Below, piece after piece: positions 17,002 through 24,824 of a stretch of DNA of 52,927 nucleotides. A program made the translations under genes and the position numbers. The number at the start of each line of letters is the position of its first letter. Within the stretch, counting starts at the first letter, position 1. Under the pieces are notes generated by a model, which did no database searches, had not been told where the DNA came from, and saw nothing but the letters and a program-made list of their open reading frames with translations. The stretch is taken from the IMG/VR virus record IMGVR_UViG_3300038330_000053, positions 1 to 52,927 of that record; one strand, given 5' to 3'. The DNA is from a virus (Duplodnaviria; Caudoviricetes).

Positions 17002-17742
17002 CTAGCGGGAGAGGGCGATGTGCGCGGCGGCGGCTGCCGCCTTGTCGCCCAGGCTGCCGCCCACGGCGGCGGCGAGGGCCTGGAAGGCCTTGGCCAGGGA
17101 GACCTGGGCCGGGGTCAAGGGCAGGTCGGGGTCAGGCGCGGGCGCGGGCGGCTCCGGGGGAGCCGGGGCCGGCGTGGGCTCGGGCTCGTCGCCCTCGGGC
17201 TCAGGGGTGCCGTGAGGCGAGGGGTCCAGGGGGCCGGGCGATGGGGCGGGCGTTGGTGCCGGCTGCGGCTGGCCCTTGGGCCAGCCGCCGGGACGGCCCC
17301 GGCGCAGGGGCGGGATGCAGGCGTGCGCGTGCCGGCCCCGCTCCACCTCGGTCGGGTTGGTGATCGTGGCACGGCACCGGGAGCACTTGCCGTCGTACTC
17401 GATCACGTAGGGGGTCAGCGGCTGACCGCTCTTGAGGCGCTGGTTGACGATGGCGATGGCCGCGCCCATCGCCTCGGCGGCGGGGCCGGTCGCGCTCTTG
17501 GCGCTGGTCCGCCACGAGAGCGAGCCGTCCGGCTCGGTGCGGAAGTAGCCCAGGTACTCGGGCTCCGCGCCGGGCGCGAGGACGGCGCGCGTGAAGTAGA
17601 CCTCGCGCCCCTGGTCCTGCACCTTGGGGGCGGCGATGCGGTAGGGGTAGCGGCCCCCGGTCTCGCCGTTGACCAGCGAGAAGATGGCACTGCCACCGGT
17701 CAAGTACTCGCGGGCGTATGCGGCACTAATCAACAGGCTCAT
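17002..17742 (-). CDS. DUF6011-like Zn-ribbon protein with Pro-rich linker
   Basis: GKCSRCRATITNPTEVERG...C; N-terminal TGGRYPYRI; GAGGAG RBS. Confidence 0.7.
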   Translation of the reverse strand: MSLLISAAYAREYLTGGSAIFSLVNGETGGRYPYRIAAPKVQDQGREVYFTRAVLAPGAEPEYLGYFRTEPDGSLSWRTSAKSATGPAAEAMGAAIAIVNQRLKSGQPLTPYVIEYDGKCSRCRATITNPTEVERGRHAHACIPPLRRGRPGGWPKGQPQPAPTPAPSPGPLDPSPHGTPEPEGDEPEPTPAPAPPEPPAPAPDPDLPLTPAQVSLAKAFQALAAAVGGSLGDKAAAAAAHIALSR

Positions 17743-17788
17743 GGTGTGTCACTCCTCAGGTGAGTGAGAAGGTGAGGGGCATGAACCG

Positions 17789-17815
17789 CCGGGCCGGCGC
17801 GAAGCGCCGGCCCGG
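17789..17815 (-). terminator. 12-bp hairpin after the VWA-like gene
   Basis: CCGGGCCGGCGC-GAA-GCGCCGGCCCGG. Confidence 0.5.
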
Positions 17816-17821
17816 AGGCGG

Positions 17822-18805
17822 TTAGCAGTCGTCGGCGGACAGGTTCAGCGTCACACCCTGGCGCTTTAGCTGGTAGGTAATCCAGGCGACGGCAGAGGGC
17901 GCGTGCTGCCAGGGTACGCTCCCGTCCAAGAAGGAACAGGGCAAGTAGATGTCGCCCCGCTCGTCGTCGGCCATGTCCACCGGGAAGCCGTACGAGCCGC
18001 CGTGAACGCCTACCTCGCGGCGCTCCTGCTCGGTGGGCAGGCTCTCATAGATGGAGAAGATGAGGCGGCGGAACAGCGAGGGATGCGCGACGGCGTAGGC
18101 GACGCTCGCCATATCGAGGGGCTCGGAGAACCGCTTGACCGTCGTCTGTGTGGTGAAGCGGCGCTTCGAGTTGATCGCGTGGGCCACGACGATCTCGCAA
18201 CGGTGGCCGGCATACTCCAGCAACTCCACAAGGGCGGCGGTCACCGCGCCTCGGGCCAGCAGGACGGCGGCATCAATGCCACTCGACGCCGCCACGTTCA
18301 CGACGAGGCGGATGTAACGGGGGCCCTCGGCCTCACCCTCTACCTCATGGCGAGCTACCCAGCACTCCGCCTCGTTGGCCACGACGCGGGACAGGTCCCA
18401 CGTCATGCCCTCGTCTGCGAAGAGGAAGACGTTCTTGGTCATCTTCGCGCTGACCTTGGCGAAGAGCGCATCGGAGTACTCGCGCGCCTTCTGCGCGCCC
18501 TCGGGCCAGCCGGACTCTGCGAGGCGCGCCGCCCCGGCGAAGCCGACGCCCAGGTCCCAGGACTGTTCCTGATCGTGGTTGTGGCTGGAGCGGGCATCCT
18601 GGGGGCACGGCGACGGCGCGGTGGCTGCCATCAACAGGTCGCTCAGCGAATCGAAGGTCAGGTCCAGCGAGTTGGCCGGGCGGGTGAGGCTCGGCACGGG
18701 GCGCGCGCCCTCGGGCGTCCACGTGGCCGGCGCGGGTGGCGTCCACGAGTACGGGGCGGGCGGGCGGTATGTGTTGCGACGGCGCGGGCGGTATCCACGG
18801 GGCAT
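17822..18805 (-). CDS. VWA-like partner of the MoxR-type ATPase (degenerate MIDAS)
   Basis: IRLVVNVAASS...ALVELLEYAGHRCEI, HPSLFRRL; directly downstream of the AAA gene. Confidence 0.7.
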   Translation of the reverse strand: MPRGYRPRRRNTYRPPAPYSWTPPAPATWTPEGARPVPSLTRPANSLDLTFDSLSDLLMAATAPSPCPQDARSSHNHDQEQSWDLGVGFAGAARLAESGWPEGAQKAREYSDALFAKVSAKMTKNVFLFADEGMTWDLSRVVANEAECWVARHEVEGEAEGPRYIRLVVNVAASSGIDAAVLLARGAVTAALVELLEYAGHRCEIVVAHAINSKRRFTTQTTVKRFSEPLDMASVAYAVAHPSLFRRLIFSIYESLPTEQERREVGVHGGSYGFPVDMADDERGDIYLPCSFLDGSVPWQHAPSAVAWITYQLKRQGVTLNLSADDC

Positions 18806-18855
18806 GGTGAGATGCCTTTCTGGCGCGCCCCAGGAGGGGGCGCGCCGGTTAGGGG

Positions 18856-19995
18856 TTAGTCCTGATGGCCCCACGTGCCGGGGGGCAGAGGGTTCGCGTC
18901 GAGGGCGCGCGTGATGCGCTGGGGCTCGATCAGCTTCCACAGGGCATCTTCGAGCATCTCGGGCACGGTCAACATGCCCTGGTGCAGGAGTTTGGCGAAG
19001 TAGTACGTGCTGCGCGGGCTGACCATCAACTTAGGGTCATTGGTCGCGGCCCACTCGCGCAGGCCCTGGAACCACGTGACCCAGGGGCCCATCGTGGGGC
19101 AGAAGGCGAGGGCGGCGCGCCGCTCCAGCGCCGCGTCCACCGGAAACTGCACGTAGCAGACGCGGTCAATGGTGGCCGCGCCCATCGCGTTGCGCTCGGG
19201 GAAGGCCTTATCACCGCCCCTCATGGTCGTGTTCCCGCCCATGATGATGTAGCACTGCGGGTGCTTCTTCACCCGCTTGTCGGGGAAGGAACAGTGCCCG
19301 TTTGCGAGGGCAGCGTTGAGGCTGGTAATCAGGTTGGGGTTGGCGTTGTCTGCCTCGTCAATGACTATGACGCCGCCAAACTCCCAGGCCTTGCGGAAGT
19401 CGGGGTCAGAGACGAGCCCGGAGGGCAGGAGCGCGCCCAGCAGGCGGCTCTCAGGGGTCCACATGCTGAGGGAAATGTCGTAGAAGGGCACGTCCCACAT
19501 GCGAGCGAGTTGCTCGCCCAGGTAGGACTTGCCCCCGCCGGGCGGGCCCACGAGGTACGGGATGTTACCGGCCATCACGTGGGCGATGACGCGGCGGGCC
19601 TTGGGGTGCATCTCGGAGAGGTCGTGCTTGGTCTCGTCGCCGTCGGGCTTGACGGTGATGAGAATGCGCGCGGCGCGGCGCTTGGCCTCGTCTTCGATGG
19701 CCTGCTTGACGCCGTCGAGGACGGCCAGCGTGACCGTGTCAATGCGCTCACCCACGGCGCGGCGGGCCGCGTCCATGACGGCGTCGAGGTCCAGCGGGGC
19801 GGGCACGGGCACGGGGGCCTCGGTCTCGCCCTGCACGAGGATCACGGGCTCCTGGGGCTTGCGCGCGTCGCTCTCGCTCCGCGCGCCATTGGGGCACTCC
19901 TGGTGAAACGGTGTTCCCGGCTGGGGCTTATTGAAGAGGCGGATACGCTCGCCTGCGCGAAAGGGCTCATTGCATCGGTGGCACTTGAGGGCCAT
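18856..19995 (-). CDS. MoxR/CbbQ/CobS-like AAA+ ATPase
   Basis: GPPGGGKS, VIVIDEADNA, GGNT sensor 1, AATIDR Arg finger, SPR sensor 2; AGGAGG RBS. Confidence 0.9.
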   Translation of the reverse strand: MALKCHRCNEPFRAGERIRLFNKPQPGTPFHQECPNGARSESDARKPQEPVILVQGETEAPVPVPAPLDLDAVMDAARRAVGERIDTVTLAVLDGVKQAIEDEAKRRAARILITVKPDGDETKHDLSEMHPKARRVIAHVMAGNIPYLVGPPGGGKSYLGEQLARMWDVPFYDISLSMWTPESRLLGALLPSGLVSDPDFRKAWEFGGVIVIDEADNANPNLITSLNAALANGHCSFPDKRVKKHPQCYIIMGGNTTMRGGDKAFPERNAMGAATIDRVCYVQFPVDAALERRAALAFCPTMGPWVTWFQGLREWAATNDPKLMVSPRSTYYFAKLLHQGMLTVPEMLEDALWKLIEPQRITRALDANPLPPGTWGHQD

Positions 19996-20060
19996 GGGTC
20001 AATTCCTCCTGGGTGAGGGGCAAGAGGTTAGGTATCGGATTGGTATGGGTTAGGTATGGG

Positions 20061-20295
20061 CTCGGATGGCTCCGAGTAGTGCGGCCCCGTTGCGGGGCCT
20101 ATCACGGCTAGCGCTTCTCGCTAGCTGAGAGCCACTCCCGCGTTCCCGGTGTCTCCGGGCGCTAGTGGCCTTGACGGCTTGGTCCGGGGCGTCACTCCCG
20201 CAGGTTTCGCGTGGGGCTCTGACCGTCTGGCCGTTCCGCCAGGGTTGCGCCCCGCCCGCTTACTCCCCGTATTCGGTTTTCAATCCAACGACTAC
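20061..20295 (-). ncRNA. Candidate structured 5' leader/ncRNA of the early operon
   Basis: No ORF >=60 aa; consecutive hairpins between the promoter and the first gene. Confidence 0.5.
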
Positions 20296-20301
20296 GCTCT
20301 C

Positions 20302-20330
20302 AAGGTAACGCTTAGCTGAGTAGCTGTCAA
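20302..20330 (-). promoter_or_regulatory. Main early sigma70-type promoter TTGACA-17-TACCTT with upstream A/T tract
   Basis: Consensus -35; A/T-rich UP-like stretch at 20336-20348. Confidence 0.85.
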
Positions 20331-20737
20331 TACCCAAAAAAGATTTTCTAAGTGCGCGGAGTTGCTGAGCATTTGGGGCTGAGCCCTAGGGCGCGCCGCA
20401 TCCTTATATAAGGCGCTAGGTCGGCGGGCCGGCCCAGGGGCATGAAACCGCCGGCTACCGGCCTCGCTGGCGCTCGGCCTCGGCCCGGCGCGAAGCGCCG
20501 GGCCGGGCCAAAGGCGCGCCGGACCTGAGAGGCAAGGCTGAGCCCTGGCCCGGTAAACGCCCAGGAAGGCCGGTCTGAGGCCAAAAACGTGTGTGTTGGA
20601 AGTGTGCGGAATTGCAGGCGTTTCGGCTGAATCGACCCAGGAGCCGCTATCCCTATAGCCTCGGGCTCATGACGCAGTGCTCTAGGGGCCTTTACGGCCC
20701 GCACAGCGGGTGAGGAATAGTTTACCTTGGTCAATGA

Positions 20738-20750
20738 AATCAGGCACTTG
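20738..20750 (+). promoter_or_regulatory. IHF-like site AATCAG-gcac-TTG
   Basis: Matches WATCAR-N4-TTR; 15 nt upstream of a sigma54-like site. Confidence 0.55.
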
Positions 20751-20765
20751 CGTGCTTAGCTGTGC

Positions 20766-20781
20766 TGGCATGGGGCTCGCA
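20766..20781 (+). promoter_or_regulatory. Sigma54-like site TGGCAT-N5-TCGCA
   Basis: GG-N10-GC spacing conserved. Confidence 0.5.
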
Positions 20782-20789
20782 TGGGCTCA

Positions 20790-20805
20790 TGCATGATCGG
20801 TGCCA
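20790..20805 (-). promoter_or_regulatory. Sigma54-like site TGGCAC-N5-ATGCA
   Basis: GG-N10-GC spacing conserved. Confidence 0.5.
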
Positions 20806-20854
20806 CGCGGATGTGCGGTCGCGGGGCCGCTTCGCGGTGGGGGCATCTTACGTT

Positions 20855-21100
<246 letters not shown>

Positions 21101-21309
21101 TACACATCACTTGTGTAGTGGATTGGGCCTCCGGCGCGAGCCTAGCCCCTAGCGATTCCAGCCGGTTAGCGCGGGGGGCGCTAGCGATTCTAGCTACTTG
21201 GGGCCGGCCCGCTGGGCCGGCCCGCTGGGGGCACGCGCCCCGCTGGCGCGGGGCACTAGCGCCTAGGCCTAGCCGTTAGGCTAACGATTTCAAGGGGTTA
21301 GAGCGCGCA

Positions 21310-21325
21310 AGCAAGCGGCGTGCCA
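21310..21325 (-). promoter_or_regulatory. Sigma54 consensus site TGGCACGCCGCTTGCT
   Basis: Full match to TGGCACG-N4-TTGCW. Confidence 0.7.
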
Positions 21326-21458
21326 GGCGGTTTCGGCCGCATCGGCCCGCGCCGAGGGGGTCCGCCCCCCAGGCGGCCGCGCGGCGGAGGCTGAACGGTC
21401 GGATCTACGCGCCCAGCAAATTTTGGGCCTGATCGCTGGCTCGCGATCAACAATTCCA

Positions 21459-21488
21459 TTGACAACCCTAGGGGTTACGACGCACGCT
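21459..21488 (+). promoter_or_regulatory. Sigma70-type promoter TTGACA-18-CACGCT for the structural arm
   Basis: Consensus -35; spacer holds a copy of the 11-bp motif. Confidence 0.55.
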
Positions 21489-21618
21489 GGCCCCTAGCGG
21501 CTGGGGGCCACGCTCGCGCGTCCGCTCCTGCATGTCGGTGAGGGCTGTAGGGGCCTTCCGGTCTGGCAAGTGACCCCCAGCCGCAACCGGCCGGCCCGTA
21601 GGGCCGGCCGGCCTGACA

Positions 21619-21631
21619 AATCAAGGGGTTA
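21619..21631 (+). promoter_or_regulatory. IHF consensus site AATCAA-gggg-TTA just before terS
   Basis: Perfect WATCAA-N4-TTR; related copy at 21288-21300. Confidence 0.6.
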
Positions 21632-21642
21632 GCGAGGTCCTG

Positions 21643-22194
21643 ATGCCGCTGCCTCCAACGAAGTTGAACGAGCGGCACCGCCTGATCGCCTTCATGAAGC
21701 TCGGGGGCGCGGGGCGCGACGAGATCGCGACCGCCCTCGACTACGAGCCGACCTACGTCTCCGCGATCACCGAATCCCCCATGTTCAAGGCCCTGATGGA
21801 CCACCTCCGCGCGGAGATGCGCCACAAAACGGTCGGCTCGGTCGTGGACCGCATCATCGCGGAGGGCCCCGCCAGCATCGAGACGCTCGTCACCCTCCGG
21901 GACCACGCCGAAAGCGAACAAGTTCGCACCGTTGCCGCTCGGGACCTCCTGGACCGCAATCCGGACACCGCCAAGGTCTCCCGCGAGGACCGCCGCGTGG
22001 AAACCCGCATCGTCATCGATTCCCGCGCGCTCGCGCGCATCGCCGGGGTCATGGCGGAAGATGGCGGAACCGTGGCGGAGCCCCAACCCCTCGACGTGAC
22101 GCTGCCGCCGGCCGCTGCGCGGCCGGCGGGCTACCTGACGCTAGAAGCCGCTGTGGCCGCCCTGGCGGCCCAGGAAGAGGCCTCCAATGCCTGA
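21643..22194 (+). CDS. terS: Putative terminase small subunit (N-terminal HTH)
   Basis: GRDEIATALDYEPTYVSAI HTH; AARDLLDR helix; first gene of the arm, upstream of the terminase. Confidence 0.65.
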   Translation: MPLPPTKLNERHRLIAFMKLGGAGRDEIATALDYEPTYVSAITESPMFKALMDHLRAEMRHKTVGSVVDRIIAEGPASIETLVTLRDHAESEQVRTVAARDLLDRNPDTAKVSREDRRVETRIVIDSRALARIAGVMAEDGGTVAEPQPLDVTLPPAAARPAGYLTLEAAVAALAAQEEASNA

Positions 22195-22423
22195 CCAGGA
22201 CCCCATCATGCAGTTCTTCGAGTACGAGCACCTTCCCAACCACCTCCGGGAGGCCTCTATCCCCTTCTGTAAGCTGGCGATTTGGGTCCAGAGCGAGTTG
22301 CCCCGGTGCGCCGAGCGCACCGTCGCCCTCCGCAAGCTCCTGGAGGCCAAGGACGCCGCTGTCCGCGCCCGCCTGACCCTCGGGGGCGTGGGCGAGGGCC
22401 CGGAGGAGCCCGCACGCCCGTGA
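22187..22423 (+). CDS. Small helical-hairpin protein, Tad1/Acb2-like sponge candidate
   Basis: FFEYEHLP...ERTVALRKLLEAKDAAVRA. Confidence 0.55.
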   Translation: MPDQDPIMQFFEYEHLPNHLREASIPFCKLAIWVQSELPRCAERTVALRKLLEAKDAAVRARLTLGGVGEGPEEPARP

Positions 22424-22605
22424 TCGCTCCCGTGCGATTGCCCAAGCCGGGCCGCGACCTTGTCCCCGGCCCGATCTCGCTCACGGACAAGGGCGGCCGT
22501 CACCTGACCACCGTGTCGGTCACAGAGTGGCGGAAACTCAGGCCCGTGCTCCGCTGCCGGCACGGCCGGGACGCCTGCCCCTCCTGCCGCGCCACCCGTG
22601 CCTAG
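22420..22605 (+). CDS. Small Zn-binding protein (CRHG...CPSC)
   Basis: GTGA-coupled start; overlaps the next start. Confidence 0.55.
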   Translation: MIAPVRLPKPGRDLVPGPISLTDKGGRHLTTVSVTEWRKLRPVLRCRHGRDACPSCRATRA

Positions 22606-23761
22606 CCCCTCCCTCGATGCGTGGCTGGACGACGACGAGGAGACCAACCCCGTCGAGATCGTCGTGGACCGGGCCACCGGCCAGGCCCGCCAGGCCGGCG
22701 CGACCGAGGCCGAGGGTGCATGGATCGAGGGCGTGAAGCGGCGAGCGGAAGCGAGCCTCTACGTGTTCGCCAAGGCGATCCTGGGGCGCGACTACCTCAC
22801 GAAGTCGCTGCACCGGCCCGTGTGCGAGTGGCTCCAGGCCCGCCCCCCTGACCGGAAGCTCCTGCTCCTGCCGCGCGAGCACTGCAAGACCACCATCGTG
22901 GCCCACGCCCTGCCCCTCCACATCCTGATCCAGCCCCGCGACCACAACGTCTACTTCCCCGGCATGGCCGGCGAAGACCAGCGGGTGGTGCTCGCGGGCG
23001 AGACCGACCAGCGCACGACCGACGCCCTCCGCGTCATCAAGGCCGCCACCGAGACGAACGAGGTCCTGCGGGCCCTGTGGCCCCACCGCGTCTGGGACCG
23101 GCCCTCCCAGCAGGCCCTGAAGTGGAACGACAAGGAGATCATCCTCCCCCGCAAGGCGGAGTGGCCCGACCCCAGCATCCGGTGCATCGGCGTAGGCGGA
23201 GCCGTGACCGGCAGCCACCCGTCCGTCCTGATCAAGGACGACCTGGTCACCCTCGAAGCGGCGAACAGCCCCACGGTCATGCAAACCGCCATCACGTGGC
23301 ACATCGCCTCCCGCGCCCTCATCAACGCGCCTGGGTGCCTGGAGTACACGATTGGGACGCGGTGGGCGGTCAACGACCTCTACGAGTACATCCAGAGGAA
23401 CGACCCCTCGGTCGAGAGCATCACGCGCGCCGTCGTGGAGAACGGGGCCCCCATCTACCCTCAGATGTTCTCGCTGGAGAAGGTGGCCCAACTCCAGCGG
23501 GAGTTTGGGGTCCTGTTCCCCCTCCTCTACATGAACTCGGCCGCCGACCCCACCCTCGTGGACTTCGACATGACCATGCTCCGTGACTTCGAAATTTCCG
23601 GCGGCCTCCTGCGATTTCAAGAAGATGACCGCGATCTGGCCATCGCGGAGCGCCAGAAATTGCCGGCAGCGGCGGCCGCCGTGCCCCAGGGCGCGGGGCT
23701 CGGCCCCCGCACCTGGCAGAGCGTGTACACGGCCGGCGAAGGGTTTCGCCTCCGTGGCTGA
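22598..23761 (+). CDS. terL: Terminase large subunit, ATPase domain only
   Basis: LLLLPREHCKTT Walker A variant, VTGSHP, LIKDDL Walker B, IGTRW coupling motif. Confidence 0.88.
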   Translation: MPSPSLDAWLDDDEETNPVEIVVDRATGQARQAGATEAEGAWIEGVKRRAEASLYVFAKAILGRDYLTKSLHRPVCEWLQARPPDRKLLLLPREHCKTTIVAHALPLHILIQPRDHNVYFPGMAGEDQRVVLAGETDQRTTDALRVIKAATETNEVLRALWPHRVWDRPSQQALKWNDKEIILPRKAEWPDPSIRCIGVGGAVTGSHPSVLIKDDLVTLEAANSPTVMQTAITWHIASRALINAPGCLEYTIGTRWAVNDLYEYIQRNDPSVESITRAVVENGAPIYPQMFSLEKVAQLQREFGVLFPLLYMNSAADPTLVDFDMTMLRDFEISGGLLRFQEDDRDLAIAERQKLPAAAAAVPQGAGLGPRTWQSVYTAGEGFRLRG

Positions 23762-23766
23762 CGCGT

Positions 23767-23955
23767 GTGAAGGCCGTGTGCCTGGGGCTCATGTGGCTCC
23801 TCACCCTGGGCGTCGCGCTCGTGGGTAACGGCTGGACCGGGGGCATCCTCGCGCTGGGGTTCCTCATCGTGACGACCCTGGGCGTGATCCTGTGGGACCA
23901 CTTCCGCCACCCGCCGGGCCCGTCAGGACCCGGCGGCGGGGACGACCGTGACTGA
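23767..23955 (+). CDS. Small two-TM membrane protein between the terminase halves
   Basis: Two hydrophobic helices; overlaps the next start. Confidence 0.6.
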   Translation: MKAVCLGLMWLLTLGVALVGNGWTGGILALGFLIVTTLGVILWDHFRHPPGPSGPGGGDDRD

Positions 23956-24625
23956 GTTCCCCCTGGGCGCGCTAACTGACGTGGCCGCGTTCTGCGACCC
24001 GGCCGGCGGCAAACGGATGGAGTTGAAGCGGGTCCGGGCGCGGAGCGCCATCGTCGTCGTCGGGACCGACCGCCTCGGCCGGATCTTCGTGCTGCACACG
24101 TGGGCCGACCGCTGCACAGCGGGCCAACTCTCCGAGAAGATCCTCAAGATTCAGCAGGAGCGCCTCCCGCGCGTGTTCGGCATCGAAGCGAACGCCATGC
24201 AAGCCCTGTACGGCGAGATGGTGGCGCGCGAGGCGCGCCACCTGGGGCAGCGGCTGCCGCTGCTCCCCGTGAAGCAGCCGACCAACGTCGATAAGGACTG
24301 GCGCATCCGCACCGCGCTCCAGCCGATCATCGGCAACGACCGGCTGTTCCTGCAGGCGGGCCAGTACGAACTCAAGGCGGAACTCACGACGTTCCCGATG
24401 AACCCGCTCAAGGACCTGGTGGACGCGCTGGCGTCCGCCGTCACGCTGCTGCGCAAGCCCATGTCCGCCCGCGTGGAGCGGGCCGACTCGCAGGCCTACC
24501 TGGAGTACCTGCGGAGCAGCAACGCCCCGTCGTGGTATGTGGACGCGGAGGCCGTGAAAGCGCTTGACGCTGCGGCCGCGCGCGCCTACGTTAGCCCCGG
24601 CACCATCGCTCTCACTAACCCCTAG
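23948..24625 (+). CDS. terL: Terminase large subunit, RNase H-like nuclease domain as a separate gene
   Basis: FCDPA...SAIVVVG, GIEANAMQ, KDWRI, FP...DLVDALASA. Confidence 0.85.
   Translation: MTEFPLGALTDVAAFCDPAGGKRMELKRVRARSAIVVVGTDRLGRIFVLHTWADRCTAGQLSEKILKIQQERLPRVFGIEANAMQALYGEMVAREARHLGQRLPLLPVKQPTNVDKDWRIRTALQPIIGNDRLFLQAGQYELKAELTTFPMNPLKDLVDALASAVTLLRKPMSARVERADSQAYLEYLRSSNAPSWYVDAEAVKALDAAAARAYVSPGTIALTNP
24564..24592 (+). promoter_or_regulatory. Internal sigma70-type promoter TTGACG-17-TACGTT
   Basis: Correct spacing; precedes the RBS of the 24638 gene. Confidence 0.6.
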
Positions 24626-24637
24626 GAGGCGTCCACC

Positions 24638-24817
24638 ATGGGTGACAAGGCCGCAGGACTGGCGCGCGTCGCCAGCAAAGAGACCTCGAACCAGTCGCAG
24701 GGCCGCAGCGGGGCCGAGACCAAGAAGCTGGGCGACGTGGTCGGCACCGTACGCCACAACCCCACGCACGGCGGGGGGATCAACCGGGCCACCAAGGGCA
24801 AGGGCGCGGGGAGCTAG
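24638..24817 (+). CDS. 59-aa basic Gly/Lys-rich peptide MGDKAAGLAR...KGKGAGS (not in ORF track)
   Basis: Hand-translated; AGGAGG RBS. Confidence 0.65.
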   Translation: MGDKAAGLARVASKETSNQSQGRSGAETKKLGDVVGTVRHNPTHGGGINRATKGKGAGS

Positions 24818-24824
24818 CCGGACC

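Noticed and set aside
18856-19995. Cobalamin (cobS) auxiliary metabolic gene or sigma54 activator
   Set aside because: No cobalamin genes nearby and no GAFTGA loop; a generic MoxR-type ATPase is the supportable call.
23640-23950. Intron or intein splitting the terminase
   Set aside because: The gap is short and occupied by a plausible membrane-protein ORF; no intron core or intein motifs seen. RT-PCR would be the final test.
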